Below, piece after piece: positions 1-12,469 of a stretch of 64,000 bases of DNA (positions within the stretch are counted from its first letter, which is position 1; each line of letters starts with the position of its first letter). The DNA is from Takakia lepidozioides (lineage: Eukaryota; Plantae; Bryophyta): NCBI GenBank assembly GCA_030704615.1, contig CM060733.1, forward strand, positions 72,354,001 through 72,418,000, read 5' to 3'. A program made the translations under genes and the position numbers. The notes beneath the pieces were generated by a model. That model ran no database searches. It worked only from the letters and a program-made list of their open reading frames with translations, and was not told the origin of the DNA.

Positions 1-275
1 TGCTACTTGGTGCTCGTTCTAGGAATCTACGCAAAGACCACACATAATGGGAGACTCCAGCTGATATGGCCAGGTTGCCTTCCTGTGCGGAGGGGACCCA
101 AATGGGTTTATTACGTTTCTTTCAAGAGCCAAGACCTTGTATTGCTGTTACATTCTGCTAACAATTTGTCATTTGAGACGGGAGTCATTCTTGTATCAAG
201 GGACCTCAGGTCATCTCTCTCTCCTATCTTCCAAGTAATGTGACAGCTGTAGACAGTCTTTGGGAATTTGCGCAG

Positions 276-851
276 GTCCCCACAGGTATTTTGATAAATA
301 TGCTGGGCCAAGGGAGAGTGCGCAAGTTTGTAATCGAAGAAATTGTGCGCACTACCCTTGTTGAGTATGTGGAGAAGGTGAACCTACATCCCTTCTCCTT
401 TTTGGTCAGTCAACACACTAATTCCTGATTGGTGTCCTGGCACCTTGTGTCACCATTTAAAACCTAAATTGCGAGAAAATGCGGGTATTCATGTGAGAAG
501 ACATTATGACCATTCAGAAGACAAAAAGATCCTAAAGCTGCTATATGGCACATCAGGGCTTCAATGCAGGTCTCAAGAGTATCATCAGGATAACTTTAAC
601 AAAAAGATACAAATGCTTTCGACACCTTTGTTGTATTGTTTTTTATTTGTTGCTCTTTTGAATGGATGCAGGAAGGTATCAAGGCAAAGAAGAATTTGAC
701 CACTGAACAAAGTGCAGAGGAGCTAGATAAAGTGTTTGAGCCTGGGAAGGAGTTTGGGTTCAATGCAACCCTTGAACTTGAAGAAGAGATACCGGCAGAA
801 AGTGAAACCAAGTCAGAAGCAGTTGACACGGAAGGGGTGCTAGCCACCTGA
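276..851 (+). CDS. Last two exons (276-377, 672-851) of a plant trigger-factor ribosome-binding-domain protein (AT2G30695-like); the 5' part lies before the window
   Basis: AG|GTC at 275/276, AAG|GT at 377/378 and AG|GAA at 671/672 splice in frame to VPTGILINMLGQGRVRKFVIEEIVRTTLVEYVEK-EGIKAKKNLTTEQSAEELDKVFEPGKEFGFNATLELE...stop. This resembles the C-terminus of plant trigger-factor-like proteins. Confidence 0.75.
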
Positions 852-2183
852 AGATGGGTGCTGTAAGTTCCTGTGCAAATGGTTCACTCAGGAGAAGATC
901 ATTTCCTTGTCAGGTTCTGTGATTTTAAAAGCTGTATGTGCTCCTAATGTGTTAGATACATGACATCCATGGCGGGCAAGACAATATTTTGCAGATGGAT
1001 ACTGTCTTTGGATAGTTGCCACATTGGCTAAGGATGACATTGATGCAGGGCAGACTATGCTTGCCAAGGAATTAGCAAACGTCTGAGAAATAGTTGAGTG
1101 GCAACACTACCCCTGGATTACATACCTTAGTGCCCTTGTGGCTAGAGTTCTGTGCACCGTGGGTGTGCTCAAATTAACAAAATCACTTTGTGTACTGCCC
1201 TGAGGCCATTATGCTGGGAAGCCATCTATGCAATTTTGGGGTGAAGAACACAAGAATTCCCTTTGTGCAGGTTGCTTTGAAGCTTTATGAGTAGTCATTT
1301 TTGGATCTCTCCACAATATCCATCTATGGTTCAGGGTCTGGATAAGTAAAAGTTGCTATCTTTATGAGGTTGTTTGAAGATGAGGCGTTCCTTGGCCTTT
1401 GCGCCACACAGGGTCTATTGCTACTGGGACAGCAGCGAGTTCCACTGTTGCCCTGTGTGGCAAACAGAGAAGATGTAGCAGATTAGTGAGTCCTGCCTTT
1501 GCAGTGAAATTGGCAATGCTTAAAAGTGATGGCCTCCCCAGCCTCCCTGAAAATGGAAGGGTTTCACAAATTTTTGGATCCTGGCGCGGTTGCCCATGTA
1601 GACTCCATAATACATCTCAAACAGGATTTAAGACAATACTTTACTTCGTGGTCCTACAAGGACCTAATATGAGGAAAAGAGAACGGAGATAGTAAACGCA
1701 GCAGCGCTTCTCTAGCCCACGAAACACAACGGACATTGGGCTGCAACTGTCTAAAAATCACTGCACCGTGCTAAAGAAGATACAGCGAGATTAGGGCTTC
1801 AGGGTTCCAACTTCTAACACTAGAGCGGCGTCTTGTGATTGCACGAATCGTCATCAGCTACTTTACGCACTCATTGTGCAATTGCTTCCTCTCGATGGAC
1901 ACTATCACAGTAGACCTACTCATCCCTCCCTCCCTCACCTCTTCCTCCCTTCTAGTCAGAGAAGGCCACTGCAGCTGATATTTTACAGACTAGAGCTGGG
2001 TACAAGATTGGACATGATATTATGAATTATTTATACATAAAAGTACATGGCTACAGCATTTGAGAGCAACAAGCCTAGTGAGGTTGCAACCTGCATAAAT
2101 CTACACTGTTTGAGCCCATGGAGACAACTATCCGCCAACTATCAATTGTACACACCCGAAGTGATGAGGTACGCTAGAATCGA

Positions 2184-2588
2184 TTATAAATCCAGAGTGA
2201 TCCTCCCTTCTGCAATTGCTCTTCTCAAGGCCTGGTTGAAAAACTCTACATCAACCACCTCCCTCGAAGACGAGATTGGCCTTCCTGGGAAAATTATGCC
2301 TCTGCCTCCATGACCAGCTGTACTTAATCTATTCCCAGCTTTTCCTCCTTCGCTGGAGACAAGTGCTACCACCATGCTCATGCAAGCATCCCTCAGGCGT
2401 CCGAGGAATCTGCAAGGGAGAACCCTGCGAGCGAGACCATCTTTCTTTCTATTAATGAACCCTTTCAACTTTACAATCCTCAGCCTCCTCATCTTGACGA
2501 CAAATGGCTGGTTAATGCGGGTATAATTCCTTCTCATCAGCAGCCTCGAAACTTCGTGGTACAGCCCCACTCGAGCTCGGTCCCCCAT
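2184..2588 (-). CDS. Small basic plant protein of unknown function (134 aa, intronless)
   Basis: ATG-to-stop ORF with the pattern RRNYTRI...RRLRIVKL...FLGRLRDACMSM...VEFFNQAL, recalling an uncharacterised land-plant family (RRxYxRL / RLRDAYV / EF). Confidence 0.5.
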   Translation of the reverse strand: MGDRARVGLYHEVSRLLMRRNYTRINQPFVVKMRRLRIVKLKGFINRKKDGLARRVLPCRFLGRLRDACMSMVVALVSSEGGKAGNRLSTAGHGGRGIIFPGRPISSSREVVDVEFFNQALRRAIAEGRITLDL

Positions 2589-3408
2589 GTTTGTCGAGCA
2601 CCCTGCTCTTACTTCTCACAGATAATGTTCACCTTTGGAATTGATTCTGCCGTGCAGACACCGCCTCCTCTCAGGGCAACCTGACTTGATGCGCGTTCCT
2701 TAGACAAAAGAGATGAGACCCTTTTGCGTTCATGTGAGAATCCAAAGAAAGCAGCGTTTGGGGAACGAGTACATAGCTAGTTCTCTTCTGGAGCAGAATG
2801 CCGGATCGTACAGATCTAAATCTGCGCGGAAAGCAAGCACGAGTCTGAAACGTCTACGGGTTTGAGGAGAAACAAGTTCATTCTACTGTGCCAGAGGCAC
2901 AGATCATAGAGTCGGTGACTCGTGGGATACATCCGGCTTTCGAGAAAAGAACACGAGGATAAACGACGACGGGTGGAGCCAAAGCTTATAAATGGGAGGG
3001 TGTTGCAGGTCAACACTCTAAAGAGTGTGGGCCCAACGGACGCGGTATTGACTCGAGCTATTCCTTTCCCTCTTCCCCAATTGCAAATCGCCAGATGTGA
3101 AAGTAGTATAGGGAAGTCCCTCTGAGAGTCTGATGGTGTACTGCGGTGGCCAAGTAGGGTAAGTTGGCCAACTATGACCGAACAGGCGTCTATGACCACC
3201 CCATTGACGCTCCTGTCAATGCCTATGACCATACGCTGCTAGTCCCAAGAGGGGTTTGCTATTCTATCAGCTACCAGTCATCAGCCATTAGTGTGACGTG
3301 GATGCGCAAACGGCGACCACATGGCAATATAATATTTTTTCTCGGCTGCCTGTAATTGTATGCTTGGATTTGTGAGAAACAATAATGAAAAATGACACGG
3401 GGTTGTAG

Positions 3409-3638
3409 TGACATGCCACCTTTGGCTGCCAAAGGTGGAGGCTGAACGGGAGAACATAAAGGTAAAAACAAAATAAATGGATGTCGAAAAATAAAATAAA
3501 AATAAAAATAGAACCAACATTGTACTGACATGCACCTTTGGCTGCCGAAGGTGGAGGCTGAGCGGGAGAACATAAAGGTAAAAACGAAATAAATGGATGT
3601 TGGGGAAAAAAAAAAAAAAAAAAAAAAAACCAACATGA
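3409..3638. repeat. Tandem duplication of a ~117-bp unit containing the palindrome CACCTTTGGC-T-GCCAAAGGTG
   Basis: gacatgccacctttggctgccaaaggtggaggctgaacgggagaacataaaggtaaaaac (from ~3410) recurs nearly identically from ~3527. Confidence 0.85.
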
Positions 3639-6600
3639 GATATGGACTTCTAATGTGGAAGAATTCTGCACTAACGTGGAAGAATTCTGCATGTTTTTTA
3701 GCCGTTTTAATCTCTAGCTTGGATTATTGTATGCTACGGAAATATCCAATGATGCTGGTGAAAAATATATATATTTGTTGGACCGAAGTTGAACGAAGGT
3801 AGCTCTTCTGTCCTTGTATAAGGTACTTTTCGCTTTTTGGAATGTGATCTTTTATTTAATTTCAAACTCTAAAATTTATTTTTTTCCGGGCAAGTTCGTT
3901 GGGCAAATTGAAATGTTCTTGTTCACCTTCGTTGACCTTCGTCACTGATGGAATTGCGTTGGTAACTGACAGAATAGGAACTCTCGTCCCAAGACTGTCC
4001 ATCATTGTCATTTGGCAAACAATTGTTTGATAGAACCCCCCAAAAGCTGCGATTGGTCATAGGGGTTTGGGTGCACACAAACATTCTGTTTGGTTCGACT
4101 TTGAAAGCCTATAACTTTGTGTGAAATTCATGAAATCAAATAGTTCCAATTTTGTGGGTTGCCCCATACATGGGACACCTTACGAATTTTACCCGGGATA
4201 AAAACTAAAAACAACAAAAATTCACCGTTGGATTTTTCACCATCGTTATGTGAACGGTCATAGGCCAACATACCGTAATAGAGATTGCCCGGGGAGTTGA
4301 ATGCTATGAATTAGGTAGCGCACTGGAGCACCGCTACGGGCCTGCTACAGCCCATAGCGGCCGCACTCCAGTGCGCTACAGGACGCAATGTCACTGTTGC
4401 TAAGGATGGAGCAGGTCATAAAGTGACCTGCTGAGTAGGTCTTTCAGCCCTGTCACATCATGAAGGACACATGAAGGACACAAAATACGAGACGAAAAGA
4501 AGGACACATGCTACAGGAAATAGCAGGCCTCCTCGTACGCAATCAAAACCTGCCACGTCCGCGAGATGCTCACGGCAGTGCCTTACGACATCCTAGTCAG
4601 CGCCCCCAACCCCGGCCCACCCCGCCCTCGTCTGGACGAGCCACCCCCCGCGCGGTCCAATATCTATGTGGCTTGATTTTATTACGCACGCGTGATCTGA
4701 CAGGTTCCGCCTGCGAGGCACAGCCGGGGAACTCCCCCCTCCGGCAGCCTCGTAGGCTGGAAGCCCCATGTCAAATCCTCCCCACCCCCCTCTGAGACCT
4801 CCGCCCGCCCGTCCGTGCTCGCTCGCCCGTCCCCTCCCCATCTAGGGAATAGCAAAAAGGCCGTGTTGCGGGACGCCATAAAAATGAGAGTTTTGGGCTA
4901 GCTTGGGGCGCTGTCTGGGGTCTAGACCATGGACCAAACCAGGTCTGGGCCTGGGACTGGACGTCCTGCACCCCAGTCCATACAGGGAACTCATTGGGAA
5001 CAAATTTCGGCTGCTGCCCATCCTTTCTTGTTGTCCCGGGGTTGCAGTGGCCCGGGCTTAGAAAGCCCGGGAAAGATTCGCTAGCCCTGGGTAAATATTC
5101 CCTGGACCCAGGGAAAGATTCTTTACCATGGGATATGAAGACACCCGAGAAATATTTTAGAAGAATATTCCTTGATCCCTTTAACCCTGGGTTTACATAA
5201 GGCAATTTTCATCCGTCGACCATATATTCTACATTGCGTATTTTCTAGGTGTCTCGTGTACGAGAGCACTGCCTCTCTCGCCAAACAACAAAGGCGTCGT
5301 TTTTACTGACCATCCGTTTTCCTTCCTGTTTGTTGGATCTCGTAAAATGTCTCTTACAGGACTCCAAAGATACTTGCAAAATACCCCCAAGCAGTTCGGC
5401 AGAGGTCAAGGAGATAGGCGGAGGGAAAAGCTCAAACATTAAAGCTGTTGCTGGAATGTTTATGTGGAAAAGGGGAAAGCAGCGGCAACAGGAGATAGTC
5501 GCAAGGTCCCTCCAACTTTGGGGAATGCAGAAGGGAGGGTAGAGGTCAAGGAGGTAGGTGCAAAGAAAAGCTCCAGTTGTTGCGTCTCATATTTTAGGCA
5601 AATAGGACCTCTCTAAGACTTGTTGTGTATTCTGTAAATTATTATTTGCATATGGCAGTTGGCAAAGCTACCACACAAGATTTGCCTACATGATGTTATG
5701 GCGCACACAGTTTCTTTCTAATAAGAAGTAAAGAAAGAGAAGTGAAGAAAAGATATTTGTAACCGACATGGAGGAGAGGAAGAGTATGTATTTGTGTATG
5801 GCAGCAATTGTCATGTGCTGTGTGTGTGGGGGGTTTAGGATTTCCAGACAGAGAGTATACTGTCAAAAAGAGCACAGTTCATTCGGACGGGACAGAAAGG
5901 TGAACTGGAAGTGGATTCTGATAGGCCAGAGCCACAAGGGCCTCTGTCCATTAATGCCTGACGAGGTATTCCTTGGCAATCAGGACAATGAAAATTCACA
6001 TCTGCATATATGCGTATCTTTTATATCTTCAGATTAGGAAAGTCTGCGGTTGTCCGTCATTGGTTGACGCTAGACTCTGACACTCTAGGAACCCGCTTCT
6101 GAACATTTGTCAAAGCTGTGAAGAGTTGCCACTCCCTATACAAAAATTGTACGTTAAGTTGCATATAGGGCTATGTTCGGTTGGGAGAAAGTTTAGAGAT
6201 GGAGTATCATCTAGGGGACAGTTTGTCCTGCAACTGAGCTCCCTCATCCACATCTGGGGTAACTTTCTTGGCTTATCCAAAAGTTGTCTGATTTGGATTT
6301 TATGAGTTCCTTCTGAGTTCTTGGTCTGGAGGACTGTGCTTGGTGTTATGTGCAAGCATGGACTCACAAAGTACATCTTACTTTCCGAAGGAGGATTTTA
6401 TGTGCTTAGAGGATCTTAATGGAGGGCCAAAGTTCAGAATTTTGACATCAGTAAAAGTCAGCAACGAAAGATTAGCTGACTAGCTTACAGATAGACTGTG
6501 CTTATCTCCTTTATTTGTGTGACTTGTGGTTCTTATTGGCTGGCATTGTGTCAGTTTGTCTTCCTTGAGAAGATATTGCTTAAAAGTTTCTTAGCACCTT

Positions 6601-7593
6601 CTTCAGTTCCACACTGTGCCTTGCTTTCCATGCCTTTTCTGCATAATGAAAGCCCGGAGGCCTGCTCTGTGCAATTGCATCAGTGCAGAGGAGATACTCA
6701 GGATACACATTGGCACTCAAATCTACCTCTGGAGATCCTAAGTGTTAGCAGGACTGTTTTGCAGGTTGTTCTTGTCTTTGCTCCGGGAAGAATCTCAAGA
6801 CAACGATCCAAATCCCAGTGTCAGGGCCCCTCTTTGCTGGATATGCGTCCCTTATTTGGTGCTCCGATGGTTTTTAGATGCTTTCAAACATTCAAGCTGT
6901 TTTAAACAAATACGACGTTTGAAGAGGTACGGCTATACCAGGAAAAACAACTACCATGTTGGAGTGTCTGACTCATTATAATCCATTTTTCAAGAAGATT
7001 TTGTTCAGCTAGGTTGGGACAGCTCTGCTTTATGTCAGACCTTGTGTTTCACGAAGATTCACCAGCCAGGCAGATGTATTTTGACATGCACATCATAGGT
7101 TCAGTGTCTTGTACTTGATACCAGTCTGTGGCTTGAAGGTTGATGGTGCAACTGACCTTCTTTACCAGTTATTCGAAGATCTGGTCATGTCTCTTGGGTT
7201 GGGAACTTTTGGAGGGGGTCGACTTGCATTGACTGGCCTCACCAACTAAGTTCTTTTTCTATGGACATGTTTGTCAAGTAGATGCTTGAATTAGTGTTTC
7301 ATTCCAGAGCTCCATGCCCGGGAGGGGTTTGATGAGTTTTTGGTGAAATTTTGGCAGATTATGAGTCTTTGTGCTCCAGAGTGGGATAGAAGTGGCAAAG
7401 TACTAGATGCGATCACTCCAACAAACTGTTTTTTTTTCTGCGGTGAAAGGAAAAAGAGGATTCTGTCCATCAGTATAGAGGCCATCTTTTGCACTTAGCC
7501 TTCGTGTAAGTCTTGCTTCTCTGTGTCTTTTTTAGATGGATTGCTTGAATTTATGCCGAGAAGTATACTTCTGTTGAATAGTTTCAATGGAGG

Positions 7594-8150
7594 ATGCCTG
7601 AAGTGCACATGGGCTCTTATTTTTGCACTTCCGGTGATTTTTTTACGCCGGAGCATGCCTGCGCAAAACCATCATGCACTGAGGATGGGCATGTAACAAT
7701 GCAGGGCCAAAGCAGCAAAGGGAGTAAATCACAGTGGCAACTGACCTACTCCCCTCATTGGACCAATGGGCAAGAAACTGAAGAAGTGGTGGTTCCGCCA
7801 AAGCCACCCACCCCTGTCAAGGATTCCATGCTGGAAGCAGTAGTGAATGAGACAGCTGCTGGAGCCCCAGCACCCTCTAACAACAATATCCAAGATGATG
7901 AAATGGTGTCCTGGTTACAATATCCCCTCGATGATTCATTGGAAAGGAACTATTGCTCAGATTTTTTTGGAAAGCTGCCAAGTTCAAATATTGCAGGTCT
8001 TGAAGGATTCGCTTGTTGTTGGCCAGGGAGTAGGCCGAGGTCAGCGGCTGCCTCTACCAGCCACTACAAGGACGAGTGCTAAGTCTGCTATGGCATTAGG
8101 GGCTAGGCGTGCTGTGGGTCTAACATCATAGGCAGGGGCTGAGGCCTTCA
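7594..8150 (+). pseudogene. PIF: PIF (phytochrome-interacting factor)-like N-terminal exon; pseudogene, 5' part, interrupted by an LTR element
   Basis: Degenerate APB-like motif EDGHVTMQGQSS and the PIF-typical DDEMVSWLQYPLDDSLERNYCSDFF. Frameshift near 7985, in-frame TAG at 8129-8131, then AGAEAF up to the insertion site. Confidence 0.7.
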
Positions 8151-9215
8151 TGTTAGAGGACTGTCTGGGACTTAGACACTTTTACGGGATCTGTGGGGTA
8201 CTCTTAATTTTTGCACAGACTGAGACCAACAGGAGCCTTAGGGGTGACAGCAGCGCACTTTAGGGGGGGGGGGGGGGTTACACAGTCCGTCATAGCCAAC
8301 ACAGCCCGTCACAGCCGACACAGCCCGTCACAGTCTGACACAGCCCGTCACAGCCAACACAGCTCGTCACAGTCCGACACAGCCCGTCACAGCTTCGCAC
8401 AGCCGACACAGCCCGACACAGCCCAACACAGTCGCACAGCCAGTCACAGCCCAACACAGCCCGTCACAGTTTCACACAGCCAGTCACAGCTTGACACGGC
8501 TGTCACGACCATAGGGAACGGATAGCAGGACAGGGAACGACTGTGGGGAACAACATCTGCGAATGGAACATGTTAGTTCACGGATGACGGTTAGTGAGGG
8601 AAACGGTTAGAACAACGGGTAGGAAGATAAAGCCAGGAGCAAGGACTGGAAAAGGATCAATTCTTGGATCACTTCTTGGGGAATCACTGCTGGAAGGAGT
8701 TCGGGGGCACTTCTTGGGGGGACTTCGGACATCACTTGGTGGAAATCAGAACTAGGAAATGAAGCGGAGAGCGCATCTCTGAGCAGAAAGAGGGAGAGCA
8801 CGGAGTAGGAGAAGAACGATCTATTGATACTTGCTGAATGCAAGAAGTAGAGTTGTAATGTAGAGCAGAATAGAGATACCATGGCTGCAGCCTGATACTT
8901 GATAGATATTAATCTGATACATACTTCATACTCACACTGTGTAGAGAGATCTGAGTGAAGCTGTGGAATGGATGGATGAGTTGATGGAATCCGATAGATT
9001 GCTGAAGGAAACTGATACTTAATTACCAACAGTAAGGTAACTAGCTAACATGAATGCGGGAAGGAAAACAAATAGGAAACACCCCCATGATACACTAGCT
9101 GTAGGTCATGACTGATTGTTCTGAGCGGGCTGAGTGCTTAGAGATTTCCAACTCTTCTATCTTGGAGTTTCCGCCTCGGATAGTGAAGGGATGGGTGAGT
9201 AAAAGCCGCGCGACA
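8151..9215 (+). repeat. 5' LTR (~1065 bp) with a CACAGC-type tandem repeat block (~8280-8505)
   Basis: Starts TGTTAGAGGA and ends GCGCGACA. Outside the repeat block it differs from the 3' LTR by about a dozen substitutions (counted by eye). Confidence 0.97.
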
Positions 9216-9803
9216 TTTGGCGACCATACTGGGGAACTGGGTCATGAACAACCAGATGTGACAGGCATCTGGTGGGATCATGGTGGTTGGAGAATTAAAG
9301 AATTTGATGTGAATCAAATTCTTTGTGAAACTGAGAAGGAAAGATTGTCTAAACGATTCTTTCAGAGGTTCTTGGAATTGCCATACGATTGTAAAGAAAA
9401 CATTCTTAAGAGAGTGCATGATGCTGACCCTGAATGGGGTCTGGAGAAAGGAGTGATAAAGATTTACCAGGTGGCCTGTAGAGGAAGAGCACGTTGGTTA
9501 CCAACACTGGTTTATGTGATAGCATTGCTATCCATTAAGCGAGTAGAGTTTGAAGGCTGGGAGGAAAGAAAGGTGAATGTTTATACTCATATGCATGAAG
9601 AGCTTGTACTGGTAAAGAATTGGATTCCAAAGGATATTTTGTGGATCAAACTCACACCAAGAACAGCTTCCCAGACTTGTTTGCCATATGGTTATATGGT
9701 AACGGAGACTTCTAGTATAGCCAAGGGTGCATTGAAGCTTGAAAGAAACCCAGGCATATACGAGAGATATTACAGAAGAGAGTTTTGGTTATTGCCACAT
9801 TAA
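9108..9803 (+). CDS. Retrotransposon accessory ORF upstream of gag (231 aa, unknown function), starting inside the 5' LTR
   Basis: Open frame across U5 and the PBS. A homolog at 49254-49949(-) shows many third-position changes. Confidence 0.6.
   Translation: MTDCSERAECLEISNSSILEFPPRIVKGWVSKSRATFGDHTGELGHEQPDVTGIWWDHGGWRIKEFDVNQILCETEKERLSKRFFQRFLELPYDCKENILKRVHDADPEWGLEKGVIKIYQVACRGRARWLPTLVYVIALLSIKRVEFEGWEERKVNVYTHMHEELVLVKNWIPKDILWIKLTPRTASQTCLPYGYMVTETSSIAKGALKLERNPGIYERYYRREFWLLPH
9218..9235 (+). other. Primer-binding site TGGCGACCATACTGGGGA (tRNA-Arg-like)
   Basis: Lies 2 nt after the LTR end. An identical copy is at 49822-49839 (- strand). It resembles the complement of plant tRNA-Arg 3' ends. 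Confidence 0.8.
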
Positions 9804-9824
9804 AAGAAATGAAAGACATGGGAC

Positions 9825-12467
9825 ATGAGTGATGAAAGAGAAGCTAGACGCCAGAGATATTCAGCAAAAAGAGAAAGCTATCTGAAAGCTAATTATCCAT
9901 ATCTTTGGGAGAGAGGAATAGACATAGGGGAATCATCTGGACCTCTCACACCATTAAGATCAGAGAGTACATCACCCATACCGGAAAAACTAGAGTTGGA
10001 TGCCACTCCTTCTTGTTCTTTGCAAGAAAGATTAAGGGAATTGGTACGGGAAGAAGATCAATCACGAGGTGAAAGTGAGGTACATCCCTGGATAAAAGAT
10101 TTGACAGAAATCTTTGATAAGAGTTGGCATGGAACACCAAAAGCAGGAACTCCAGTTTCTGAGGCGGAAGGTGAAGAAGGAGGAGAGGATGTGGCAGAGC
10201 CAACGGAGAGTTCAGACTCTCCAACACAAGTTGAGTTACATGAGTGAAGAAGAAACCCAAGGGCAGAACTTGGAGGATGAAAATAGAGAGAAGAAATTGG
10301 AAGAGGAAGAGTATGAAGAAGTAGACCCAACAGCTGAGGTTGAGACTACAACCAGGACATCCCAACCCGTTGGACCTGGATCAAGTGGAGCACTTGGATC
10401 ACAGGCCAACGAAGGTGTCGGCTCAGGGGGATCAGGCAGGCTGCCTGGATCTGGCTCTGGGGGGACAGGGAGTGTGGGAAGTAGTACAACTGGAGCTGGG
10501 AATACTGTGAATATCGTGGGGCCAGTAGCAAGGAGTGCTCAAGGGCCACCACTTGGTGGAAGATCCACCACAACAACAACAGGTCCTGAAGGACCAGCAC
10601 CAGCAAGGGTGCCAGCACCTGTCAGTGGGCAGAAGGTAGGGCCACAGATGGCGTTACAACCAACACGGGCAAAACCACCTTTTCCAATATATTCAGGAAA
10701 AGGGGATCCCGATGTACACATTAGCCAATTTGAGCACATGTGTATAGTGAACAATGAGAATGGCGATGATGCCAAGATGAGATTGTTTCCTTGTTCACTT
10801 ATCAAGAAAGCAAGTGAATGGTATGCAAGATTCCCTGATAATCATTTCCTAACCTGGAATGGCTTGAATACAGCATTCCGAAATAGGTTCAGGACAAGTA
10901 AAACTGAGGATGAAGTGTATGGAAGTTTACAACAGTTAAAGCAAAAGAAGCATGAAACTGTTGAGGAGTATATGGAAAAGATGGAATTGATGATGAAAAA
11001 GCTGGCTGCTGTACCAGCACCAGGTTTACAGAAGACTTGGTTTGTGAGTGGACTAAAGCCAGAGTTGCAGAAGAAAGTGGATATGTTACCCCATAATACA
11101 GTGGAGGAGGCATTTGAAACTGCAAACAGAATTGAGCAATTGGGAATGCTCAGGAGAGAGAAAATGGATGATGAGGACTCTGAGGATAGTCAGATGAAGA
11201 AGAAGAGCAAGAACTAAAAAGGAAGAGTAAGAGAAAAGAGAAGTTGAAGAGGGATAACTATGAGAAAAGATTAGAAGAAATCTTGAAGAAGTATGCCACA
11301 GAGGCTGCAACACATTGGAGGAAGGGTGTATGGTGTGCAAAGTGCCAGAATGAAGGCCATACCACCACAGAATGCCACATGAAGGAGAAACACTGTACTA
11401 TCTGTAAAATGGATAACCATTCTACTGAGAATTGTTACTACAACAGAAGGACAGTTGCAAGAGAACCTAGGCAAGTAAGGGTGCATCAGGTGCAGCCCCA
11501 GCCAAGAAGAAACAATGATCAGGACCACTATGGTAGGTCTGGTGGTTATAACAATGGCATGGAAGGGAGAGGTAATTCAAGAGGGAATTACCAAGGAAAT
11601 TCCAGAGGCAACTATCAGGGTAATCCAAGGGGGAATTACCAGCCCAGGAATCAGGATTACAGAAATAATCCAAGAGCAGACCAAGGGCGAGGACCCAATG
11701 GTGAAGAACTATGTTACTATTGTAATCAGCCAGGACATCGCAAGGCAGCCTGTTCATTCTGGATTAGACACCAGAATGAGATGAGAGCTCCTGTGAATGA
11801 GGGCCCAGTGGTGGCAGCTCACATGGTTAGGCCATGTGTTGTACCAGAAGTAAGTACAATGATAGTAACAAGAAGCAAAGCCAAACTAATACCTCCAGTA
11901 GTTGAGGAAGATGATGATAATGAAGGTGGCAGTGATATGCCTGAAGATGATGAGGCTTGGAGAGATGAGAAGGAACTGCACAAGGAAGTGGCAGATACCA
12001 TAAGGGAAATGCAGAAGAGTACTGATATTCCTGTGGCAGATTCCTCTGATTCTGATGGAGAAGAAGAAGTGAGTGAGGATGAAAGGAAGAAAGAAGCTGC
12101 AGACATGCAAAGTAATGAAGGGACTTTGGCTGAAGTAATATGCCAGACCAAAGCGGAGATTACCATTGGACAGCTATTGGCTGTGGCACCTTATTGTAGA
12201 CACAGGCTGTATCAAGCAATCAATCGAATTGCCCAGGAGACAGGAAACACAGACCTGAACAGCAAGGTGACCAGTTATAATGTGAAGCCGGAAGGGCGAG
12301 AAACAGTCATGGACTTTGATGATTCTATGCCAGTAATCCAATTGAGAATTGGAAGCACAAAACTAACTGATGTACTGATAGATGGAGGCTCCGGAGTAAA
12401 TATCATGACAGACCAATTAAGGAAGAAGCTTGGTCTAAGTAACATGAAACCAGCCCATTTACAGTAA
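9825..12467 (+). CDS. gag: Gag with long acidic/Gly-rich N-terminus, capsid-like domain, three CCHC knuckles and the start of the aspartic protease (frameshifted)
   Basis: YSGKGDPDVHISQF...LFPCSL...ASEWY (retrotransposon gag domain); CAKCQNEGHTTTEC, CTICKMDNHSTENC, CYYCNQPGHRKAAC; protease motif VLIDGGSGVN. Breaks near 10230 and 11220. Confidence 0.9.
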
Positions 12468-12469
12468 CA

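Noticed and set aside
8607-9029. Antisense 140-aa ORF in the LTR (also 20919-21341)
   Set aside because: It is duplicated only because the LTRs are, and it is not preserved at full length in the more diverged LTRs at 37930 and 49842.
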